Virus record (IMG/VR): IMGVR_UViG_3300042360_000367
Span: 1-52,007 of that record
Strand: one strand, 5' to 3'
Length of the DNA stretch: 52,007 bases
Origin: a virus
Lineage: Duplodnaviria; Caudoviricetes
Shown here: in pieces, positions 9,106-17,792 of the stretch
Layout: each line of letters opens with the position of its first letter
Numbering within the stretch: position 1 is the first letter of the stretch
Made by a program: the position numbers and the translations under genes
The notes under the pieces: model-generated
Told to the model about the DNA's origin: nothing
Database searches by the model: none
Seen by the model: only the letters and a program-made list of their open reading frames with translations

Positions 9106-10863
9106 TCAAGGCGATTTCGCGGACAGGCGAAGCTGCGTGGCTGTGTCGGCCAGCGTCACCGATGCAAGGGTGAACGTGGTGAACGTCCCGCCCATCGCTT
9201 GGTCCCCGCTGGTCGCCAGCACCACCCCTGCAGCGCTCAGCAGGCTGATGCGCGCCGTGGCACTGCCGCTCGGGCAGCGTGCGCGGAATCGCAGGTTGCT
9301 GTACGTGCCAGGCGGGAAGCTCTGCGTCAGCGGGAAATCGCGGTCCTGGTTCGTGCTGGTCAGCGTGGGCGTGGTGATGTAGGTCGCGTCGTCGGCCGTG
9401 TCCTCGTTGAGCATGGCTCCGAGGTCCGTGCCGGTGCTGGCCGTCCAGCCGCCCGAGGCCGTCACGCCCAGCGCGGGCCTGCCCGTGCCGGGGTACAGCG
9501 GGCCGGTCGCCAGCACCGTGCTGTAGACCGAACCGATCTTGTAGACGAGCCAGCCGTAGCGCGTGGTGCCTGACACCACCGTTGCGGCGGCCAGGCTCTT
9601 GGCGCCCGCGCTGGTGATGGTCAGCGGCGTGCAGGCAATCACGGTCGCGCTGCTGCCGGCCGAGTTTTGCCCTGCCTCGATCTGCGTGCCGCTGGGTGCG
9701 CTGTTGTCCAGGGTCAGCACGCCGAACAGCGTGCCGCTGGTGCCGTCCACCGTCGCGCCGATGATGGCCGTGGTGGAGGTGGGCGTGGTCTTGGTCGGGG
9801 TGCTCAGCTCAGGCAAGTTGCTGATGTTCAGCGTCACAGCCTGGCTTGCGCTGCCGTACACCACGTTGAAGCTGTAGCTCGCCTTGGCCTCGAAGTTGAA
9901 GCTGCCAGAGGCCAGCGTCACCACGCCTCCGCTGATGCTCAGCAGCCCGGCATCGGCCCCCGTAAGGGACCAAGACCCTGTGCCGCTGGCCGTCCACGTC
10001 CCCGCAGCGTTCTGGTTCTCCAGCGCGGTGTGCGTGATGCTGGCCGCGCCTGCTGCGCCCGTGGGGCCAGTGATAACAGGGGGCGCAGTAAACTCGTCCA
10101 GTTCCCACCATGCATTCGCGTAGGAAAGCATTTCGGCTTCGCTGAAGCCGGCGTTGTGGAACCTGAAGCTGTGCAGCCCCGGCGTGTTTGCGAAGTCGCT
10201 GCCGCTGAAAAACAGGTCCAGGGTCTTGGCCGTTGTGCCCGTGAACGTGCCCACCGCGCTCGCGGCAGTCGTGCTGTCGTCGGTGATGCGCTGGGCGCTG
10301 GCGTCGTCCCCGAGAATCACACGCCAGGCGCTGCAGGTGCCCGAGACTCGGCGGATGAACATCGCCACAGTTTTGTTGGCACCGACGTAGGTGCGCCCCT
10401 GCGTCCCGGGCGAAACAGTCGCCCCGGCCGTCTGCGGCTGGCAGATCCAGCCCGACGAGTCATGGAACACGGCCGCGCTGGCGATCGTGTTGAACCCGTC
10501 CTCGCACACCGAGAAGAAGTTGACCCCGCCCGACGTGCTGGGTACGGCCGACCCTGTGCTGAACAGCACGCAGGCTGTGTAGTCGCCAGAGCCGACCTGA
10601 AGGCCGAAGTCGGTGGCGTTGCCGTAGCGGCCCGCGATGCTGCCGTTTGAAACTTGACGCCCCGGGATGCCGTTGCGCGTGACGGCATTGATGACCTGCA
10701 GCTGCGGCACCGTTGGCTGAGTCGCGCCGACCCAATCGTAGGGTTGCCACAGAGAGCGCGTGTCATGCCCGGTGAAGTCGTAGGCAAGCCGCATGGAGGC
10801 GGCCAGCGGGTTGGTGGCGTTCTGCGCAAGCGGCGTGGTACGAGCGTTGTAACTGGCGGGCAT
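9106..10863 (-). CDS. Putative tail fibre or adhesin-like virion protein (lectin-like and cadherin-like domains)
   Basis: Thr/Gly/Ser-rich beta-strand protein; cadherin-like 'WSLTGADAGLLSI.....FNFEAKASYSFNV'. Confidence 0.55.
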   Translation of the reverse strand: MPASYNARTTPLAQNATNPLAASMRLAYDFTGHDTRSLWQPYDWVGATQPTVPQLQVINAVTRNGIPGRQVSNGSIAGRYGNATDFGLQVGSGDYTACVLFSTGSAVPSTSGGVNFFSVCEDGFNTIASAAVFHDSSGWICQPQTAGATVSPGTQGRTYVGANKTVAMFIRRVSGTCSAWRVILGDDASAQRITDDSTTAASAVGTFTGTTAKTLDLFFSGSDFANTPGLHSFRFHNAGFSEAEMLSYANAWWELDEFTAPPVITGPTGAAGAASITHTALENQNAAGTWTASGTGSWSLTGADAGLLSISGGVVTLASGSFNFEAKASYSFNVVYGSASQAVTLNISNLPELSTPTKTTPTSTTAIIGATVDGTSGTLFGVLTLDNSAPSGTQIEAGQNSAGSSATVIACTPLTITSAGAKSLAAATVVSGTTRYGWLVYKIGSVYSTVLATGPLYPGTGRPALGVTASGGWTASTGTDLGAMLNEDTADDATYITTPTLTSTNQDRDFPLTQSFPPGTYSNLRFRARCPSGSATARISLLSAAGVVLATSGDQAMGGTFTTFTLASVTLADTATQLRLSAKSP

Positions 10864-10865
10864 GC

Positions 10866-13739
10866 TTAGCTCCGTGGAATGATTGCCCAGCGCGGGTCAT
10901 AGGCGTACAGAACCGTGGCTGCATGCCAGGGCTGCACCACGCTCCACGCTGCTGCTGCGTTGGTGGCGCCGTTGACTGCCGCGATGGCCCCTGCCGAGAT
11001 CGACCCGTACCGCTCGCAAGTCACGCCGAACGTGCCCAGCGCGCCAGAGCCAGGGAAGCCGCTGGCCGGGTTCGCCGGCATGTCGGTCGGGTTTACGCCG
11101 CTGGCGTCAAAGTCGTAGGTGGCCCAAATGTCGGCCGCGCTTTGATACCAGGTGTTGTCGGTCTTGCGGTTCGGCACCCAGTAGTCGCCCAGGTGGCGAG
11201 GCTCTGTGCTGGTGGCAATCGCGATGGACGCGCGGGCAAACCAATCAGCCAGCGGCTTCGCGTTCGCGTAGCCCAGTTCATGCGCATGCGCCAGCGCCAC
11301 GGCGCAGTAGTTGTGCTGCCAAACGGCGGCCCACCCGTTGCCGTCTGACGGCTGGGGCGTGGCTATGAAGATGATGTTGTCTGACCACCCCATCGGGTTG
11401 GGCCGCGGAGTTGAAAGCGCGCCCGCCCACCAGGTCAAATGGTTGGTGTCCCAGGCCACCCGGATCGGGTTGGCCGTCATCATTCCAGGCACGCCATACA
11501 CGCCCGCGCGCTGCGCCAGCGCATCGGCTACGGACTGGTCGAACAGCGTTTTCTCCGGGCTGCCATCAAGGGCTGCCCACCCGGCGCGTGCCCGGTTGCG
11601 AATCTGCCACCCGACTGCGCGAAGCTGCACGCCGTTCAGCACCATGTCCGTGCTGGCTCGCCCGTTGCCGATGCTGTTGAACGATGCGCCGGGGTTGACG
11701 AAGAAGAATGAGTAGGCGCCGAGTTGCAGCAGCTTTTCGTGCCAGAAGTAGCTGCCGGTGGTCAGGTACTGTGTGAAGTAGAGGCCCGGCGTGTGCGCAT
11801 CATCGGCGCCCCACCCGTCTCGGCCGGTTTGCGGCGTCTCGTAGGTCAGTTCATCGCCCGCCGCAGGCGTGACGGCAAACCAGCACTGAGTGGGCCGCCC
11901 GCCGGCCATCTTGGACAGCACACGGCCGCGGCCTGGGGTGCCAGCTATGGTTTTGGCAGCGTTGCCTTCGCGGAAGTGCATGTTCCACCAGCCGGCGAAC
12001 TCGGCCTGAGTCTCGGCGTACTCGTGCATCGTGGCGCTGCCTGAGTAGAGCGCCAGAACATCCCACTTGGGCATGATGCCGATGTCTGACCGGCCGCCGG
12101 TGGCTGACATCGCGGCGGTCCAGTCACCCACTGCGCCCAGGCCGCGCGGCATGCTTGCAAGGCGCGCGGCATAGCTGGAAAGCGCCGACGTGTTCAGCGT
12201 GATCGAGGGGTCAAAGCGCGGGATGACGCCCGTTTCTGACAGGTAGGCCAGCCCGTGGCTGACGTTGGCGCGAGGCACCGCCGTGCCGCCCCAATAGGCG
12301 CGCGATGCAAACGAGCCCATGAACAGGTTGACCCCGCTCTGGTTCAGCCGCTCGACGGGAGCGCCCTGGCCAGTGCTGAAGATCACTTGCAGCCCGGTGT
12401 GCTCGCGCAGCTTCGTCACGTCGCTGCTCTCAAGGGCAAGGCGAACGTGGAAGCGGTTGATGCCGGGCCAGAACTGGACGAGGAACGTGGGCCGCATGCA
12501 GCGGTTGGCGGTCGGGCCCAGGTCGTAGGCCTTGGCCGCGTGGTCGTGCAGCAGCACCGTGGTGCACACCGGGCCGCGGGTCCAGTACCGCGGGCCGCTA
12601 CCGCCTGCAGCCGTTTCCGCGGCAAGGCTGGAATCGGAGAGCGCCGTCAGCATGGCGCGGGCCGATGCAGGCGCACCAGCCACTGACGTACCGCTCACGC
12701 GCACGTCGATGGTGGCGTCGAAGTCGAAGTCGGCAAGCATGGCCGCGCGACTCAGAGCCACCTCGGTCGGGGGGCTCGGGTGTTCGTCAAACGTCAGCGC
12801 GCGCTCGGTGGTGCCCAGCGTTGGCAGCACCACGCTGATGACGGCGAACTTCACCGTGCCGTCAATGTGCCGGGTCTTGATGTCGCACTGCGTTGTCAGC
12901 GGCGTGCCGTCCAGCAGCACGCGGGGATAGTCGAACTCCCCGTACCGGAAGGCCCGGCCGAACTGCAGCGGGTAGTCCGTGGCGCTGCCGCTTGGCAGGC
13001 TCACGCGCATCTCGTTGGCTGCGACGTAGACGGGCGGCTCAGGCGGCGGCGATTCGGCCACTGCCAGTGCTTGCGGGTTGCCGGTGATGGTGGCGCCAGC
13101 GGCCACCAAGGTCAGGCTGTAGTCGCCGGCCGTCGTGGGCGTGATGGTCAGCGCCTGGGTGGCGCCAGCGGCCAGCGTTCCGCTGCTCGGCGTCACGGTG
13201 ATGCCAGCCGGCGGCGTGATGCTCCAGGCCTGCGGCTGGTTGCCGGTGCTGACAATGGAGCCGGATGCGGCCGTGTCCACCACCAGGTTGTCGGGGGCCG
13301 TGAACGTCAGTTGGAATGTGGGCTCGATGCTCACCGGCAAGTCGGCGCGCGCCGTCACGCGCAGCTTGTCGGCCACGGCGTCGGCTGCATTGATGCGTCG
13401 TCCGGTCTGCGTGAGCAGCGTCGTGAGGCTCAGGTCAGAGGCCTCCAGCCGGTACACATCGACCGCGGTAGCAGTACGCACCACCGCGTGCGTGATCGTC
13501 GCGCCCGACACGTTGACGGTCGAAGCCTTGAGCGCGCCGAGCGTGAAGCCCCGCGGCGTCTCGGCGTCCAGAACGTGCGGCTCGTGCGTGGCCGTGTGCA
13601 CAAGCACCGCACCCGCGAAGTAGCGCACCGTCACGTCAGCCGTGCCGAAGGGCGCCAGCAGCGCGCTGCGCTGGTCTACTTGGCTGAGCGCCGCAGAGAC
13701 TGCGGACGCAACCGCGGGGGAAAGGATCTGCAGGGCCAT
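10866..13739 (-). CDS. Large virion-associated protein with a PcRGLX/YetA-like polysaccharide-lyase-type region (putative depolymerase)
   Basis: 957 aa; 'PLQFGRAFRYGE...PLTTQCDIKTRHIDGTVKFAVIS' resembles the RIFT-barrel N-terminus of that family; aromatic-rich C-terminal half. Confidence 0.5.
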   Translation of the reverse strand: MALQILSPAVASAVSAALSQVDQRSALLAPFGTADVTVRYFAGAVLVHTATHEPHVLDAETPRGFTLGALKASTVNVSGATITHAVVRTATAVDVYRLEASDLSLTTLLTQTGRRINAADAVADKLRVTARADLPVSIEPTFQLTFTAPDNLVVDTAASGSIVSTGNQPQAWSITPPAGITVTPSSGTLAAGATQALTITPTTAGDYSLTLVAAGATITGNPQALAVAESPPPEPPVYVAANEMRVSLPSGSATDYPLQFGRAFRYGEFDYPRVLLDGTPLTTQCDIKTRHIDGTVKFAVISVVLPTLGTTERALTFDEHPSPPTEVALSRAAMLADFDFDATIDVRVSGTSVAGAPASARAMLTALSDSSLAAETAAGGSGPRYWTRGPVCTTVLLHDHAAKAYDLGPTANRCMRPTFLVQFWPGINRFHVRLALESSDVTKLREHTGLQVIFSTGQGAPVERLNQSGVNLFMGSFASRAYWGGTAVPRANVSHGLAYLSETGVIPRFDPSITLNTSALSSYAARLASMPRGLGAVGDWTAAMSATGGRSDIGIMPKWDVLALYSGSATMHEYAETQAEFAGWWNMHFREGNAAKTIAGTPGRGRVLSKMAGGRPTQCWFAVTPAAGDELTYETPQTGRDGWGADDAHTPGLYFTQYLTTGSYFWHEKLLQLGAYSFFFVNPGASFNSIGNGRASTDMVLNGVQLRAVGWQIRNRARAGWAALDGSPEKTLFDQSVADALAQRAGVYGVPGMMTANPIRVAWDTNHLTWWAGALSTPRPNPMGWSDNIIFIATPQPSDGNGWAAVWQHNYCAVALAHAHELGYANAKPLADWFARASIAIATSTEPRHLGDYWVPNRKTDNTWYQSAADIWATYDFDASGVNPTDMPANPASGFPGSGALGTFGVTCERYGSISAGAIAAVNGATNAAAAWSVVQPWHAATVLYAYDPRWAIIPRS

Positions 13740-13777
13740 GTTTCAGGCCGAGGGAAATCTTTGCATGCGCGTTCCCC

Positions 13778-13813
13778 AAAAGCGAAACCCGCCGCGGTTT
13801 CCCGGGGCGGGTT
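13778..13813 (-). terminator. Rho-independent terminator closing the early-left operon and cassette array
   Basis: Minus strand AACCCGCCCCGG-GAAA-CCGCGGCGGGTT followed by TCGCTTTT. Confidence 0.7.
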
Positions 13814-13967
13814 GATGGTGGAAATTTCAGGGCGAGTTCGCCCAACCAGTCAGTGCTGTCTAGCAGCAGTCACCCGGCACAGCCGGGAAGCGTGGGGCCT
13901 GGAAGGCCCGATGACGTGGCGCCCTTGCGCGGGCTGGAGGGATTCTGCACCCAACTTGGGGAGGGTG

Positions 13968-14333
13968 TCACCCTTCGCGCTTTCCCAACCCAGCCAGCGT
14001 GCGCCGGCTCGGCGCCTTGGGCCAGCGCTTGCTCAGCAGTTCCCACAGCCGCGTCAGGCCGGCGGCGTCTGTCAGCACCTCGCCATCGATCTCGGCGGCC
14101 CACTGGTCGCTGCGGTGCTGCGGGTCGCGCATCAGGCGCAGGATCACGGTCTTGCCGTTGATGCAGCCGCCCAGCCAGTCCCCATGCACCGGGGCCAGCG
14201 GCGGGTAAGCCGGGGCCGGGCCGGCGATGCTGGCGGCCTCCCGCGCCGCGTTTCGGCGCTTGTGTGCGCCTGGCGTTGCGTTGTAGGCGGCCCAGCGGCT
14301 GCGGGGCCTGTGCACACTTCGGAAGGTTGGCAT
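13968..14333 (-). CDS. Hypothetical protein, first gene after the cassette array in transcription order
   Basis: 121-aa ORF; its ATG overlaps the attI-like L box. Confidence 0.6.
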   Translation of the reverse strand: MPTFRSVHRPRSRWAAYNATPGAHKRRNAAREAASIAGPAPAYPPLAPVHGDWLGGCINGKTVILRLMRDPQHRSDQWAAEIDGEVLTDAAGLTRLWELLSKRWPKAPSRRTLAGLGKREG

Positions 14334-14348
14334 ATCTACGGGTTAGGC
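14330..14348 (+). other. attI-like simple recombination site at the array boundary
   Basis: GCATATC (reverse complement GATATGC, 6/7 to GTTATGC), 5-bp spacer TACGG, then G|TTAGGC; same L-5bp-R layout as attI; no attC hairpin upstream. Confidence 0.5.
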
Positions 14349-14349
14349 G

Positions 14350-14541
14350 TCAAGGCAGCACCTTCAGCGTGCTGGCGTCGTAGCACTTAAAGCCTTCCCA
14401 CGCCCAGGTGCCGCGCAGCCGCTTCCCACCCTTGGCTTCGCAGTCGGCCTTGGCCGTCACCGCGCCAGTAAGCGTGAGCGCAATGACGACCAGCGCCGCC
14501 ACAATGAATACAGCCTTCAGTTGCTCTCTGCCTGTCAGCAT
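14350..14541 (-). CDS. Cassette 1: small membrane protein
   Basis: 63 aa, one TM helix and a Cys pair; fills the space between the GTT site and attC1. Confidence 0.65.
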   Translation of the reverse strand: MLTGREQLKAVFIVAALVVIALTLTGAVTAKADCEAKGGKRLRGTWAWEGFKCYDASTLKVLP

Positions 14542-14544
14542 GAC

Positions 14545-14643
14545 GCCTAACCCTTCGCTCAGCGCGACCCCGAACGGCGGGGTCTACCGTTGCGCCCTCC
14601 AGCGCCTCAGCGCCGCTCGGGTCGCGGTAGCTATGCGTTAGGC
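14545..14643 (+). repeat. attC site 1
   Basis: GCCTAAC-CCTTC-GCTCAGCGCGAC...GTCGCGGTAGC-TATGC-GTTAGGC. Confidence 0.8.
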
Positions 14644-14889
14644 GCTCTTGGCTGCAAAGTATTGGCGCTGCCAGTACGGCCAACGAATGCTGAAGCAAAT
14701 TAAAAGGTGCAAAAGACCAGGCCAAGGCCCTAGCACTCCGTCGCCTGTAGCGAACCAAACGTTGGCAATTACGAGGTTTGCCCAGAAGGCGCGGTCTTCG
14801 GCGCTCGTTGGCTCCGCGTTCGCGCCTAACCCCTCGCTCAGCCCCCGACCTGCGTCGGCGTTGTGGCTTGGGCTCGCTTCGTCTTTCAT
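14638..14889 (-). CDS. Cassette 2: small membrane protein starting inside attC2
   Basis: AAGGAGG SD and ATG inside attC2; stop is the TTA at the crossover. Confidence 0.7.
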   Translation of the reverse strand: MKDEASPSHNADAGRGLSEGLGANAEPTSAEDRAFWANLVIANVWFATGDGVLGPWPGLLHLLICFSIRWPYWQRQYFAAKSA

Positions 14890-14928
14890 GGTCTCGCCTC
14901 CTTGTCGGGGTTAGCTCGAACGTTAGCC
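14824..14928 (+). repeat. attC site 2
   Basis: GCCTAAC-CCCTC-GCTCAGCCCCCGAC...GTCGGGGTTAGC-TCGAAC-GTTAGCC. Confidence 0.85.
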
Positions 14929-15204
14929 GGCTACCAGCACGCCACGGGTGCGCAGGTAGTGCAGCGCCGCGTATCCCTCGCTGTCCGGCTGCGCGGCGTG
15001 GTCCACGATCACGCCAGGGAAGTCGCGGCCCATCACGTTGCGCGGCTCCAGCCACGACATCGGGCGCACCACTAGGTCATCGCGGCCTAGCTTCTTCGCC
15101 AGTTCCTGCGGGTACGCGGTGCGGCTGTTGCACCACACAAAGACCGCTCCCACCGGGGCCTCGGTCATCTGGCGTGTCGTGGTTCCTGTTCCTCTGTCGC
15201 TCAT
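14923..15204 (-). CDS. Cassette 3: hypothetical protein
   Basis: ATG at 15204 after AAAGGAACGAGG; MSDRGTGTTTRQ...GVIVDHAA; stop at the crossover. Confidence 0.7.
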   Translation of the reverse strand: MSDRGTGTTTRQMTEAPVGAVFVWCNSRTAYPQELAKKLGRDDLVVRPMSWLEPRNVMGRDFPGVIVDHAAQPDSEGYAALHYLRTRGVLVAG

Positions 15205-15231
15205 CCTCGTTCCTTTCGCGCCGGACACGCC

Positions 15232-15332
15232 GGCTAACTCGTCGCTCAACCGGAAACCCCCGGCAGGGCAGCGCTCGCGCGCTTCGTCACTTGCAGTAGC
15301 TGCCGGGGTTTCCGGTTAGCTCTGCGTTAGGC
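15232..15332 (+). repeat. attC site 3
   Basis: GGCTAAC-TCGTC-GCTCAACCGGAAACCCC...GGGGTTTCCGGTTAGC-TCTGC-GTTAGGC. Confidence 0.85.
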
Positions 15333-15746
15333 CGCTTGGGCACTTGGCAGGTACTCGGCCGGCACGTCCCGCAGTTCGCTGGTGTCGATGGTGTAGCCGA
15401 CCCGCTCTGCCTTCCGGAACTTGTGCGAGTGCTCGGACCACTTGAATTTGTATTCGTGACCCGCAGGCGCCCCAACATGGCGCACAACAAGCATGCCGCC
15501 CGGTGTGCGCCGCACAATCACCACGCGGCCCGCGTCTTCTTCGTTGCCACTTCGCCAGCGCCGCACACGCACCATGCGGCACTGCGGCAGCGCAGCGTCG
15601 GCCTCGGTCTGCGCTTGGCGCACAGCGGCATAGGCGGCGCCGTGTTCGGCTTCCAGCCGCTTCAGCGTGTCCCTCGCTGCGGCAACTTCGGCGGCTTTGG
15701 CGCTCAGCGCGGCCTCAGCTTCGATCACTGTCTTTGGCTTCTTCAC
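15327..15746 (-). CDS. Cassette 4: hypothetical protein
   Basis: GTG start after GGAGAG; 139 aa; stop at the crossover. Confidence 0.7.
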   Translation of the reverse strand: MKKPKTVIEAEAALSAKAAEVAAARDTLKRLEAEHGAAYAAVRQAQTEADAALPQCRMVRVRRWRSGNEEDAGRVVIVRRTPGGMLVVRHVGAPAGHEYKFKWSEHSHKFRKAERVGYTIDTSELRDVPAEYLPSAQAA

Positions 15747-15774
15747 TGTTTGCTCTCCAAGGTTGTAGCGGGCG

Positions 15775-15894
15775 GCCTAACCCATCGCTCAAAGCCGACC
15801 CCAAGGGGCCGGCGGCTTGGTTTGTGCTCGTGTGTTCCGTGGTCATCGTTGCTCCTGTGCAGCCCCTTGGGGCGGTTCAGCTCGATCGTTAGGC
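15775..15894 (+). repeat. attC site 4
   Basis: GCCTAAC-CCATC-GCTCAAAGCCGACCCCAAGGGG...CCCCTTGGGGCGGTTCAGC-TCGATC-GTTAGGC. Confidence 0.85.
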
Positions 15895-16161
15895 CTTTTG
15901 CCGCCGCACTTCTGCAATGGCGTTCGCTGCGTCGTCAGCCTGCCGCGCATAGAACATCGACAGTTTCTGTGCTGCCTCGGCCAGCTTGCGCAGGTCGCGT
16001 CGAATGCGGCGCTCCATCGCTGTATCGGTTCCAGGCACACCATGCAAACCGTCGTTCTGGTGCGTGTCTAGCACCGCCGCCACGGCGTCAAAGGTACGCC
16101 GGGCCTCGGCTGCGTTTTGCAGTTCATCGGCCAGTTGTCCAAGACTCTTTGCCATCGTCAT
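15889..16161 (-). CDS. Cassette 5: hypothetical coiled-coil protein
   Basis: GGAGAGG SD; 90 aa; stop at the crossover. Confidence 0.7.
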   Translation of the reverse strand: MTMAKSLGQLADELQNAAEARRTFDAVAAVLDTHQNDGLHGVPGTDTAMERRIRRDLRKLAEAAQKLSMFYARQADDAANAIAEVRRQKA

Positions 16162-16178
16162 CCTCTCCGGCCACCAGG

Positions 16179-16282
16179 GCCTAACTACTCGCTGAACCCC
16201 GCGACCCGCTACGGCGGGCCGCTCCTGTGTTTCTGCCTACTCCGCAGCGCCGCAGCGGTCGCGGTTAGCTCGAACGTTATGC
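16179..16282 (+). repeat. attC site 5
   Basis: GCCTAAC-TACTC-GCTGAACCCCGCGACC...GGTCGCGGTTAGC-TCGAAC-GTTATGC. Confidence 0.85.
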
Positions 16283-16558
16283 AGCACCAACAGCCGCGTC
16301 CCACTCGCGCCGCAGCTTGTCCAGAATCTCGGCGTCGTGTGTGCTGAGCGGCTGACCCACGCGCTGCGCGAGATTGAAGGCCACATCGCTAAGCTGGCCG
16401 CCCACAGCCTTAGTGGCAGCGTGTCGCTTGTCGCAGCCGGCAATCGCCAGCGCCTCAACGCGCTGCGCAAACGCATGTACGGTGCGCCCGGTCGGTGCGC
16501 CTTCGGGAGCGCCGCGCGTTACGTCGCGCCATTCTCTGTTCGCAGTTTTCCTGTCCAT
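16277..16558 (-). CDS. Cassette 6: hypothetical protein
   Basis: ATG at 16558 after AGGAGA; MDRKTANREW...; stop at the crossover. Confidence 0.7.
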   Translation of the reverse strand: MDRKTANREWRDVTRGAPEGAPTGRTVHAFAQRVEALAIAGCDKRHAATKAVGGQLSDVAFNLAQRVGQPLSTHDAEILDKLRREWDAAVGAA

Positions 16559-16591
16559 CTTCCATCTCCTGTAGTGCGCCACCAGGGCGCT

Positions 16592-16676
16592 GCATAACTC
16601 GCGTTTCGAGCAGACGCCCAGCGGCGTAGCTCACTCCGGCAGCGCCACGCGGGCGCTGCTCAAACTATCGTTAGGC
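16592..16676 (+). repeat. attC site 6
   Basis: GCATAAC-TCGC-GTTTCGAGCAGACGCCC...GGGCGCTGCTCAAAC-TATC-GTTAGGC. Confidence 0.85.
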
Positions 16677-16678
16677 CC

Positions 16679-16870
16679 TCAAGGCAAGCGAACAAAAGTC
16701 GGCGCCGGGTACGGGACCGTTTTCCAGCCGATCCATTGCTTGTCGGGTGGGCTCTGCGCTTCGTTGTCCTTGTGGCCCAGAATCTGGTAGTCCGTTTCCA
16801 GGACCACATCGCCATAGCTGCGCAGCACTTTGCCGCCTTTTTCAATCAGGGTGTGGTAATACTCGGTCAT
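16679..16870 (-). CDS. Cassette 7: hypothetical protein
   Basis: 63 aa; GGAGA SD; ATG overlaps the stop of an attC7-encoded leader ORF (ATGA). Confidence 0.65.
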   Translation of the reverse strand: MTEYYHTLIEKGGKVLRSYGDVVLETDYQILGHKDNEAQSPPDKQWIGWKTVPYPAPTFVRLP

Positions 16871-16889
16871 TGCGTTTCTCCACCAACGG

Positions 16890-17010
16890 GCCTAACCCGT
16901 CGCTCAACCGCCGACCCATCACGGCGGGTGTCTTGGTCTGGGTTCGTTTGCTCTGTGGTCATCGTTTTTCCTTTGCGCCGTGCTGGTCGGCTTTAGCTCG
17001 AACGTTAGGC
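16890..17010 (+). repeat. attC site 7
   Basis: GCCTAAC-CCGTC-GCTCAACCGCCGACC...GGTCGGCTTTAGC-TCGAAC-GTTAGGC. Confidence 0.85.
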
Positions 17011-17259
17011 CCCAATACGCTCGCCCAGCGCCTTCAGCTCTGCCCACATGGGGTCGCCTTCGGACAGCGCCTTGCTCAGTTCGCCGCAGGCCATCGCGTA
17101 GTCCAGGCACAGCGCGCGAAGCCGTTCAATCTCTGCTGCGTCGGCCTCTACGCGGTCGGCAGCTTGGCGCGCACGGTCAACAAACTGGTGCAGCCACACC
17201 GCGTCCACTGGGAAAGGCACGGGCATGCGCAGCACGCCCAACAACATCACATCGCTCAT
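17005..17259 (-). CDS. Cassette 8: hypothetical protein
   Basis: 84 aa; 'AADRVEADAAEIERLRA' coiled coil typical of phage early genes; stop at the crossover. Confidence 0.7.
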   Translation of the reverse strand: MSDVMLLGVLRMPVPFPVDAVWLHQFVDRARQAADRVEADAAEIERLRALCLDYAMACGELSKALSEGDPMWAELKALGERIGA

Positions 17260-17282
17260 GTTCTCTCGCTCCGGTAAGAGGG

Positions 17283-17352
17283 GCCTAACCCCTCATTGCA
17301 GAGCCGACCCACGCCGGCAAGCCGGCGCGGTCGGCTGAATTAGGCGTTAGCC
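17283..17352 (+). repeat. attC site 8
   Basis: GCCTAAC-CCCTC-ATTGCAGAGCCGACC-CACGCCGGCAAGCCGGCGC-GGTCGGCTGAAT-TAGGC-GTTAGCC (70 bp). Confidence 0.85.
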
Positions 17353-17583
17353 GGCTTGCAGGTCGGCGCCGTAGTCGCGCGCCAAGCAGTCGCGGTGCCC
17401 ATAGCTGACGGCGTGAGCGTTGTCGTACAGCTCTCCGTTCTCGCGTCGGTACTCGCTCCCGAACACGTACTTGAACGCCTCGCTCATCGGTTTGCCACAG
17501 CGTTCGCAGCCGCCCCAGTAATCCGAGCCGCGCCCGGTTCCTTCAATGCGCCGCACAGTGCGGCCGGTCGGCACACCCATCAC
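17347..17583 (-). CDS. Cassette 9 gene A: small Zn-binding-like protein
   Basis: CERC...HRDC motifs; stop at the crossover. Confidence 0.65.
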   Translation of the reverse strand: MMGVPTGRTVRRIEGTGRGSDYWGGCERCGKPMSEAFKYVFGSEYRRENGELYDNAHAVSYGHRDCLARDYGADLQAG

Positions 17584-17792
17584 AGCACCACGGCGGTTTG
17601 CTTGTGCGCCAGGGCGATCAAGCTGCCGGCGCGCACAGTGCGTTCAACGCTGCCGGCCAGCACAAAGCGAACGGTCTTTGCAGCAACAACCACACGATCA
17701 ATCTCGCTGCCGTCCCAGTACACCAAGCCGCTTTCGAGCTTGCTGGCTTCGATTGCGGGGAACTGTTGGCCTTTGATGTTGACGGTGTTCAT
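17580..17792 (-). CDS. Cassette 9 gene B: hypothetical protein
   Basis: 70 aa; GGAG SD; stop overlaps the start of gene A. Confidence 0.65.
   Translation of the reverse strand: MNTVNIKGQQFPAIEASKLESGLVYWDGSEIDRVVVAAKTVRFVLAGSVERTVRAGSLIALAHKQTAVVL

Noticed and set aside
7243-13739. Diversity-generating retroelement acting on the adhesin genes
   Set aside because: No reverse transcriptase and no TR/VR repeat pair was seen in the window
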